Part shown: piece after piece, positions 37,781 through 44,129 of the stretch
Layout: each line of letters starts with the position of its first letter
How positions within the stretch are numbered: the first letter of the stretch is position 1
DNA from: an uncultured Candidatus Rokubacteria bacterium
GTDB taxonomy: Bacteria > Methylomirabilota > Methylomirabilia > Rokubacteriales > CSP1-6
Length of the DNA: 64,000 nt
Direction of reading: 5' to 3'
NCBI GenBank assembly: GCA_963754315.1
Contig: CAVWFS010000005.1
Location: forward strand, 190,384 to 254,383
The notes under the pieces: generated by a model
The model's input: only the letters and a program-made list of their open reading frames with translations
What the model was told of the DNA's origin: nothing
Database searches by the model: none
Made by a program: the position numbers and the translations under genes

Positions 37781-38908
37781 TCACGACGTCGCCGCCCGCA
37801 TGCCGAAGACGTGGCCGAGCACCAGGTGCCGACGGGCGGCAGGAGTTCTCAACACGGTATGAACCAGGGCCCGCGCCATGGCGTCAGGCGTCCGGGAGAG
37901 CTGGCGGCCCAGCCAGCCGACCTCGCCCGATCCATATCGCCGAACGATCTCGCGCCCGTACCCTTCGAGCGCGGTGCCGTGCCGGAGGTGCGCTTCGACC
38001 GCCTCGGCCGCCAGCCGTCCGCTTCGAATGGCCGGCCCGATGCCCTCACCGCTCAGATCCCGCGCCAGGCCAGCGGCATCGCCGACCAGGCAGAAGCGGT
38101 CGCCGACGAGGCGCCGCGGGGCTCGGCGTCGCACGACGTAGGCGTGACCGCGAAACGGCTCGAGGCGAAGATCGTCGGGCAGGCGACCGGAGGCGCGGAG
38201 GCTTTCGACGAGGACCTGGCGCCGCCGCCGCAGATCCACCCCCGGGCCGACGACGCATCCGACTCCGACGTTCAGCACGTCGCCCTTCGGGAAGTACCAG
38301 CCGTAGCCTCTCAGGTCTCGCTCGACATAGAGCTCAGGAGCGTGCCAGGTAGCCCCGAGAGCCGCGATGCGATGCGCGCAGAGGCGCGTCTCGCTCTCTT
38401 GCGCGACGATCACCTCTTCCTCGGAGGAGACGCTGCCCAGGGCCAGGGCGACCGGACAACGGTGGCCGCCAGCCCCGATGACGATGGGAGCGGTGAAGAG
38501 ACCGGCCTCGCTCAGAATCTGGACCTCCGTCTTCGTGGCCGTCACGGAGGTCACGCGGGCGCCTTCACGCACGTCGACCCCAGCCCCCCGGGCGCGCTCG
38601 AGCAAGTGGTGGTCGAACTCGCGCCGGAGGATTCCATAGCTGGCCGGTCCTCCCCAGCGGGTCTCGTGTCGCGCTCCGTCGAACTCGAACCGACAGGCCG
38701 CGAAGGCCTGGATGGTGGCCGGATATGTCGCCGGGTTGACCTCGGCATCCGCGAGCGCCTCGAGCGTGACCCAACCCGCACAGACCTTGGGGCGCGGAAA
38801 ATGGGCGGCGTCGAGGAGGAGTAGCCGCAGTCCCGCCCCGGCAAGCGTCCAGGCGGCCGTGCTCCCGCCCGGTCCGCCGCCGACGATGATGACGTCGTAG
38901 CGCGTCAC
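37781..38908 (-). CDS. Geranylgeranyl-reductase family FAD-dependent oxidoreductase
   Basis: YDVIIVGGGPGGSTAA, KVCAGWV and LVGDAAGL motifs. GTG start lies 1 nt after the upstream stop. Confidence 0.8.
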   Translation of the reverse strand: MTRYDVIIVGGGPGGSTAAWTLAGAGLRLLLLDAAHFPRPKVCAGWVTLEALADAEVNPATYPATIQAFAACRFEFDGARHETRWGGPASYGILRREFDHHLLERARGAGVDVREGARVTSVTATKTEVQILSEAGLFTAPIVIGAGGHRCPVALALGSVSSEEEVIVAQESETRLCAHRIAALGATWHAPELYVERDLRGYGWYFPKGDVLNVGVGCVVGPGVDLRRRRQVLVESLRASGRLPDDLRLEPFRGHAYVVRRRAPRRLVGDRFCLVGDAAGLARDLSGEGIGPAIRSGRLAAEAVEAHLRHGTALEGYGREIVRRYGSGEVGWLGRQLSRTPDAMARALVHTVLRTPAARRHLVLGHVFGMRAATS

Positions 38909-38909
38909 C

Positions 38910-39311
38910 TCAGCCTCGCCAAAGGGTCAGGAGGATTCGCAGGCGGTCGCCGACGGACAGGCGAATCTCTTCCATCGCGTCGGCAATGTTCATGACGTGA
39001 AACAAGTCCCCTTCGAGGTCGATCGCGCCCTCGACGTAGGCCTCGGCGAAGTTGAGCGGCGTGGGGTCGCGAATGAGACGTATGAATGCTTCCGAGCTAT
39101 GGACGACAGCCGTGCACACGGGATCGCCATGGCCCAGCACGACGCACGTGCCGTCCCACAGACGGAACGCGCAGCCTGTCGTCACGCGACCGAAGATGTG
39201 GCGCAGGACCTCGGCGGCTCGTCGCGAGGTGGTGCGCCGTGGTAGAGGCATCATCGCGGCGCACCCGGGGCCCAATCGGACAGCCAATGAGCCGAACAGG
39301 GGCGAGCGCAT
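38910..39311 (-). CDS. N-terminal domain of a cyclopropane-fatty-acid-synthase-like protein, encoded as a separate ORF
   Basis: FRLWDGTCVVLG...AFIRLIRDPTPLNFAEAYVEGAIDLEGDLFHVM parallels the non-catalytic N-terminal region of Cfa (..GESYMDGWWECDRLDMFF..). Confidence 0.6.
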   Translation of the reverse strand: MRSPLFGSLAVRLGPGCAAMMPLPRRTTSRRAAEVLRHIFGRVTTGCAFRLWDGTCVVLGHGDPVCTAVVHSSEAFIRLIRDPTPLNFAEAYVEGAIDLEGDLFHVMNIADAMEEIRLSVGDRLRILLTLWRG

Positions 39312-39330
39312 TGGCCACGCGCGGCCCCAG

Positions 39331-39396
39331 CTACCGGGTGAACGACAGCGGATCGAAAACGGCGTAGACGAACCTGGCGAACGGACGAGCCGTCAT
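39331..39396 (-). CDS. Possible 21-aa leader ORF downstream of the riboswitch
   Basis: ATG 39396 follows a G-rich SD-like tract (GAGGGGGGACCAGGG). Encodes MTARPFARFVYAVFDPLSFTR. No homology evidence. Confidence 0.2.
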   Translation of the reverse strand: MTARPFARFVYAVFDPLSFTR

Positions 39397-39430
39397 CCCT
39401 GGTCCCCCCTCGAAGACCGGTTCAGCTGAT

Positions 39431-39587
39431 GCGCTCGGGTCGGTCTCCTGGCTTCCGGATCGTCCTACTCCCCGTGCCTTCCCAGCCCAACGCCAGTGGC
39501 ACTCTCGGGTTTCGTGCCCGGTTACAGTGACGGGGTCGCGGCGGATTCGCACCGCCTTCCCTGGGCCCTCATGGGCACCTCGAGCGC
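39431..39587 (-). promoter_or_regulatory. Cobalamin (B12) riboswitch
   Basis: The minus strand reads GCGCTCGAGGTGCCC..CAGGGAAGGCGGTGCGAATCCGCCGCGACCCCGTCACTGTAACCGGG..GCCACTGGCG..GGGAAGGC..GGAAGCCAGGAGACCGACCCGAGCGC. It has the conserved core, a B12 box (AAGCCAGGAGACCGACC) and closing P1 pairing GCGCTCG/CGAGCGC. Confidence 0.8.
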
Positions 39588-39672
39588 GACAACGCGATGA
39601 CACTAGCAGAGCCCTCGGGGTCCTCGCAACATGAATGCGTCACTCCGGTCTCGCGGTGGTGTCGGGAGAAGT

Positions 39673-39771
39673 TCAAAAGGCGCGGTTCAGTTCACCCGGC
39701 TTGCGCATCATCTTCTCGACCTCGGCGATCCTTGAGCGCGAAACGTTTCTGGCCGAGGACAGATGGTCCAT
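39673..39771 (-). CDS. Small ORF (32 aa) resembling a fragment of an HTH antitoxin/regulator
   Basis: ATG is preceded by GAGGAG. Encodes MDHLSSARNVSRSRIAEVEKMMRKPGELNRAF (the VSRSRI.E.E pattern of XRE-type helices). Too short for a full domain. Confidence 0.2.
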   Translation of the reverse strand: MDHLSSARNVSRSRIAEVEKMMRKPGELNRAF

Positions 39772-40130
39772 GTGCTGCTCCTCAAGGCGGATCTACTCGC
39801 GGGCGCTACTCCTCCAGCCACACCCCATTTGTCCGCAACGAGCGCGAGCAGGTCGTATCGATTCCATGCGAGCGTGGCGCGTTCGTGCTCCGGGGCCTCG
39901 TGGAGAACTGGGTAATTTCATGCTTGTGAGATTCGACCAACTTGCCGATGCTTCAGCGATGGATGGCCACCGAGCGAGATGACGTGCTCGCCGGCCATCG
40001 CGGCGTAGATTCATGCCCTCGTGGCCTGGCTGCCCATCCCCTGGGCATCGCGGCCGACTGTGTTGCGATTCCTACATTAGCTTCAGGCCTCAGGGCGTGC
40101 GTGGACCGTCAATGAGGCCAAAGGCGCTCG

Positions 40131-40448
40131 TCAAGAGCCGCCGCCCTCGGTGGTGCCCGCCGCGCGAGGCCGCCCTCCCTGACGCTCTGCGGCCGGTCGC
40201 CGACCCGCCGTTCGTACCAAAAGGCCTCCGGTTTGGTGCTTCCCGGCATCACAGGCGCCGCCGCGCTTCGCCTCAGGGTCGGTGCCGGCCAGAAATGATC
40301 GCGCTAAGGCCGCGAGACGTTGCTCGTCTTCAGGCGATGTGAGGTCAGCGGCCTGAGCCCAGCACGACACGCAGTGCCACTTGCCACCTCGGCCGTCGAG
40401 TGCGGTCAAGGCGCGGTCATGAAATTTGTTGGCATCCACGGATCTCAC
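40131..40448 (-). CDS. Hypothetical protein
   Basis: The N-terminal ~65 aa look protein-like (GKWHCVSCWAQ...), while the tail is Arg/Gly/Ala-rich. An alternative frame continues to 40109, so a frameshift is possible. Confidence 0.25.
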   Translation of the reverse strand: MRSVDANKFHDRALTALDGRGGKWHCVSCWAQAADLTSPEDEQRLAALARSFLAGTDPEAKRGGACDAGKHQTGGLLVRTAGRRPAAERQGGRPRAAGTTEGGGS

Positions 40449-40539
40449 TCTAGCAGTTCCTCACCGGCACGTTGGCCAGCTTCGCGAGAGTGATGAGAAA
40501 CACCTGCCTTCTTCGCTCAGACAGGCTGCGTCCAACCTC

Positions 40540-41388
40540 TCACGACGGTGGCGCCTGAGTCCCCTGGGGTTGGAGGTCGGCGCCGACCTCGGACGGGTTC
40601 GGGGGTTCGACGAGCTGGATGGTCTCTTCCTGGGGCGACTGCGGCTGGCCACCGCCTTGGCGGGCGCGGAAGCGGATTTGAGGCAGGCGCGCGACGGCTT
40701 GGCGGAGGGCTTGCTCCCAACGGACGCCGATCTTCACGAGGTCAGGGTCGCCCGCCGGGAACCGGCGCTGCCGGGTGATCTCGAGCTCGTCCGCCCCGTA
40801 GGCCAGGAGATCGATTGGTGGTCCCACCGTCACATTCGAGCGCATGGTGGAATCGAGGGAGAGCAGCGCGTACTTCGAGGCCTCCTCCAGGGTCGTCCTC
40901 TCGAAGCGGATTCCGCGATCGAGGATCGGGCGGCCGTACTTGGTCTCACCGATCTGCAGATACGGCGAGTCTTCGCTGGCCTGCAGCGGATTCCCCTGCG
41001 GGTAGATGATGAAGAGCCCGGGAGTCTCTCCGCGCACTTGCCCTCCCAGGATCAGATTCACGTTGAACTTGAACTCGTCGCGCTCGAGCGCGTCCCTGTC
41101 CATGGCGGAGACGCGCCGAACCTGCTCGCCGATCACGCGCGCCGCGTCGTAGAGGGACGGGGCCTGGGCCAGGCCCTTGGCCTGGTCGAAGTCGCGCCGC
41201 AAGAGCGTGATGATCGACTGGGTGCAGGAGAGGCTTCCACTACTCAGCAGGACGAAGACTCGCTCCCCTGGCTGGACGAAGATGTGCATCTTCCGGGAGA
41301 CGTTCACTTGATCGTGACCAGAATTGGTACGCGAATCGGAGGCCATGACCAGCCCGTGGCGCGTCCAGATGCCCACACAGTAGGTCAT
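40540..41388 (-). CDS. Anbu-type bacterial proteasome homologue (peptidase T1 family)
   Basis: MTYCVGI (Thr directly after Met), GLVMASDSRTNSG, and GETKYGRPILDR. Confidence 0.8.
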   Translation of the reverse strand: MTYCVGIWTRHGLVMASDSRTNSGHDQVNVSRKMHIFVQPGERVFVLLSSGSLSCTQSIITLLRRDFDQAKGLAQAPSLYDAARVIGEQVRRVSAMDRDALERDEFKFNVNLILGGQVRGETPGLFIIYPQGNPLQASEDSPYLQIGETKYGRPILDRGIRFERTTLEEASKYALLSLDSTMRSNVTVGPPIDLLAYGADELEITRQRRFPAGDPDLVKIGVRWEQALRQAVARLPQIRFRARQGGGQPQSPQEETIQLVEPPNPSEVGADLQPQGTQAPPS

Positions 41389-41507
41389 GGTGCGTCCATT
41401 CCTGCACATTCGGCGGCGGCGATCCTGACCACGAGCGGCATCTTACCAGAGGCCTCGGACCGATCTCGGCAATTGACGCGAACGCGCACCGGGCATACGG
41501 TGCCCCC

Positions 41508-42329
41508 ATGCGAATCCGCATCGGCTACGAGCTCCTCTTCGAGATGCCAGAGCCGACCGCGATGCTCATGCTGCTCTATCTACACCCGGACACGGCGCCG
41601 GCCCTCCAGAGACCGGAGCACATCCTCGTCGAGCCCCAGACGCCAGTGGAGGATTTCATCGACTGGTTCGGCAACCGGGCCGCACGCATCCTGGCGCCCG
41701 CCGGCCAGATGCGGATCAGCTACGACAACGTGGTCGAGAACCATGGGGAGCCCGAGCCACCGATCGACGGACGCCGGCTGAGCCCTGTGCAACAGCTTCC
41801 GCCAGCGTGTTGGCAGTTCCTCCTCGCGAGCCGGTACTGTGAGGTGGATCGCATGTCCCAGATCGCGTGGGATCTCTTCGGGAAGACCCCGCAGTCCTGG
41901 GAGCGGGTGAAAGCGGTACTGGACTGGGTACACACGAACGTCACCTTCGGATACGAATTCGCGCGACCGACGAAGACCGCATTCGATGTCTACACGGAAC
42001 GACAGGGTGTGTGCCGGGACTTTCAGCACCTCGCCATCACCTTCCTGCGGGCCCTCAATATCCCGGCGCGCTATGCGACCGGCTACCTGGGCGACATTGG
42101 CGTGGTGGCCAGTCCCTCCCCGATGGACTTCGCGGCGTGGCTCGAAGTGTACGTGGGCGACGCCTGGCACACCCTCGACGCCCGCCACAACCAGCCCCGC
42201 ATTGGTCGCCTGCTCATCGCCCGCGGCCGCGACGCAGTCGACGTGGCGCTCACGACCTCCTTCGGTACCGCGAACCTCACGCAGTTTTCCGTCACGACCG
42301 ACGAGGTCCCCGATCCTCCTCTGCGCTGA
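41508..42329 (+). CDS. Transglutaminase-like family protein with Bact_transglu_N-type N-terminus
   Basis: MRIRIGYELLFEMPEPT start and catalytic GVCRDFQHL...ARYATGY...HAWLEVY-like core (FAAWLEVYVG). Confidence 0.85.
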   Translation: MRIRIGYELLFEMPEPTAMLMLLYLHPDTAPALQRPEHILVEPQTPVEDFIDWFGNRAARILAPAGQMRISYDNVVENHGEPEPPIDGRRLSPVQQLPPACWQFLLASRYCEVDRMSQIAWDLFGKTPQSWERVKAVLDWVHTNVTFGYEFARPTKTAFDVYTERQGVCRDFQHLAITFLRALNIPARYATGYLGDIGVVASPSPMDFAAWLEVYVGDAWHTLDARHNQPRIGRLLIARGRDAVDVALTTSFGTANLTQFSVTTDEVPDPPLR

Positions 42330-42411
42330 GCGACGTCGAACCACTGTGACGCCGGGAAGGCTCTCGACCCATCGGCCAGCAGGTTGGACTTGCCCTAAGA
42401 CCATGATGGCC

Positions 42412-42422
42412 TCACAATGTGA
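42412..42422. promoter_or_regulatory. Possible antitoxin operator
   Basis: Palindrome TCACA-A-TGTGA immediately upstream of the Phd-like gene start. Confidence 0.25.
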
Positions 42423-42424
42423 CC

Positions 42425-42715
42425 ATGAAGGCCATCAACGTCACCGAGCTCAAGGCTCACCTGAGCAAGTACCTCCGGATGGCATCGCGTGGGGCCCGGA
42501 TACTCGTGAAGGACCGGGACGAGCCGATCGCCCAGCTCGGCCCACCCCAAGCGGCGGCGCGGTCATGGTCCGACCGCCTGGCCCAAGCCGGTCGGCTGCG
42601 GCTGGGCACGCAAGACTGGCGCAGGTTCGAGATCTCCAGGCTCGATCGGCACGTCGACATCCAGGCGTCGCTTCGTGCGGTGCGTGAGGATCCGAGTGAA
42701 GTACGTCGACGCTAG
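42425..42715 (+). CDS. Type II antitoxin, Phd/YefM family
   Basis: MKAINVTELKAHLSKYL... is the typical Phd/YefM N-terminus. The gene overlaps the downstream PIN toxin gene. Confidence 0.75.
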   Translation: MKAINVTELKAHLSKYLRMASRGARILVKDRDEPIAQLGPPQAAARSWSDRLAQAGRLRLGTQDWRRFEISRLDRHVDIQASLRAVREDPSEVRRR

Positions 42716-43112
42716 CGCCGTGCTCCGGGTCCTGTTCGCCGAGCCGGGACCCGAGGTACCGCTCGCCGCCGGCGACCGCGTTGTGTCGTCGCAACTCGTC
42801 GAGGTCGAGACGTTCCGGGCCGTCGATCGCGAGCGGCTACTCGGCAACCTCGACGATAAGCAGACAGCGACCAAACGCAAGGAGCTGGTCGACTTTCTCG
42901 CCAGGCTCGATCTGGCTCCGATCGATGGCGCGGTGATCGATCGCGCCAAGAGCTCCTTCGCCGTGAACCTCCGCGCGCTCGACGCGATTCACGTGGCAAC
43001 GGCCGAGATCCTGGCCGCCGAAGCCGAGGGCGAGCCGCTGGAATTCTGGACGCACGACGATCGTCAGGCCATCGCCGCGCTCTCGCGCGGGCTCACCGTG
43101 CGCGGAACGTGA
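42696..43112 (+). CDS. vapC: PIN-domain toxin (VapC family)
   Basis: VKYVDASAVLRVL start (GTG 42696), later LRALDAIHVATA and FWTHDDRQ. Confidence 0.8.
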   Translation: MKYVDASAVLRVLFAEPGPEVPLAAGDRVVSSQLVEVETFRAVDRERLLGNLDDKQTATKRKELVDFLARLDLAPIDGAVIDRAKSSFAVNLRALDAIHVATAEILAAEAEGEPLEFWTHDDRQAIAALSRGLTVRGT

Positions 43113-43210
43113 GCGTCTGAGAAGTCGCCAAGGCACCGGTGGGGCCGACCCCTGTCGCAGCACTGAACGCGCGCTTCGCCGGAGGGGTACGGCACGAGCG
43201 CGTCCTCGCG

Positions 43211-44113
43211 CTACGGCTTCGAGAGCAACGCCGGCAAGTGGTAGCCGATGCTGAGCCTGAGCTCATAGTCGTTGGACGGTGGTGACGTCCATCGGGGATA
43301 CACCGTCGCCTGCGCGTTGACGTGCCACCGGCCCGCGAACAGCTTGCCGACGACGAGATTGAGCGGGACACTGCTCGTCCCCTTGGCGAAGTCCAGGGTG
43401 ATGATCGGCTGGGTCTGCACGTACCACGAGTCGGGCAGGAGCTTGGTGATGAAGGGCTGCAGGGTGAGCTGATTCACGCGCGAGCGCTGAGGGTCGCCAG
43501 CAAACGAGAAGTACTGCTGGAGGAGAAACGCGAACTGCCAGCCCGGCACCCCATCGTTCACATAGCCGAGCGCCGGACCGAGCTGATACTTGCCTTGCCC
43601 CATCTCCGAGTGCGACGCCGTGGGGAAGACGAAGACCGGACCCATCCCGAGCGTTCCCCACGCCTTCCGGTCCCCCACGACGAACAGCGTGAGCCACGTG
43701 AGGTCGCCGATCCCGGCGTTCGTGGGGCCATTCTCGTCGTCGACCTCGGGGATCGGCCACTCGATGCGCGAGAAGAGGGGGAGCCCGGACTCGACGACCA
43801 GGATGCCCTTGAGCTTCACGTATGCGTCGAAGGTGCCGTTCGCGCGCTGCTCATAGGTCGGCTCCGCGGTCACCGACGAGGTCAGCGGGATGGGACCGAT
43901 GACCTCCTCGACGGTGAACCGTCTGCGTTCCCCGCCCTCACGGGAAGAAGAGCCGCCGAGGTCGGGCGCGGTGATGCCATCGGCTCGTGCCCCGCCGAGC
44001 GACAGGTTCGGGGCCAGCTCCACGAGGGCACCCGTACCTTGCGCCTCGACGGCGACCGGCATGACCAGGAGGCAGAGAAGCAGGCAGAGCGAAACGACAA
44101 CCTGGCTCAGCAA
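43211..44113 (-). CDS. Outer-membrane beta-barrel protein (MetA-pathway/transporter-like)
   Basis: Signal peptide (VVVSLCLLLCLLVMPVAVEAQG), alternating beta-strand pattern, and aromatic terminus (SIGYHLPALL). Start TTG 44113 is tentative. Confidence 0.55.
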   Translation of the reverse strand: MLSQVVVSLCLLLCLLVMPVAVEAQGTGALVELAPNLSLGGARADGITAPDLGGSSSREGGERRRFTVEEVIGPIPLTSSVTAEPTYEQRANGTFDAYVKLKGILVVESGLPLFSRIEWPIPEVDDENGPTNAGIGDLTWLTLFVVGDRKAWGTLGMGPVFVFPTASHSEMGQGKYQLGPALGYVNDGVPGWQFAFLLQQYFSFAGDPQRSRVNQLTLQPFITKLLPDSWYVQTQPIITLDFAKGTSSVPLNLVVGKLFAGRWHVNAQATVYPRWTSPPSNDYELRLSIGYHLPALLSKP

Positions 44114-44129
44114 GCCTCCACGATCCGGA

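Noticed and set aside
37781-37783. The in-frame TGA between the GGR-like and Cfa-methyltransferase ORFs read as a second selenocysteine codon
   Set aside because: Only a weak 5-bp hairpin (CGCGG-ACGCCA-CCGCG) follows it. The position is an inter-domain linker with no redox role, and no known Sec family fits. A genuine stop, a nonsense mutation or readthrough is more plausible. It is kept only as part of the architecture finding.
39597-40014. ORFs 39597..39929 +, 39635..39982 + and 39793..40014 -
   Set aside because: They overlap one another, are Arg/Ser/Cys-rich, lack ribosome-binding sites and lack family motifs. They are treated as non-coding or degenerate sequence.
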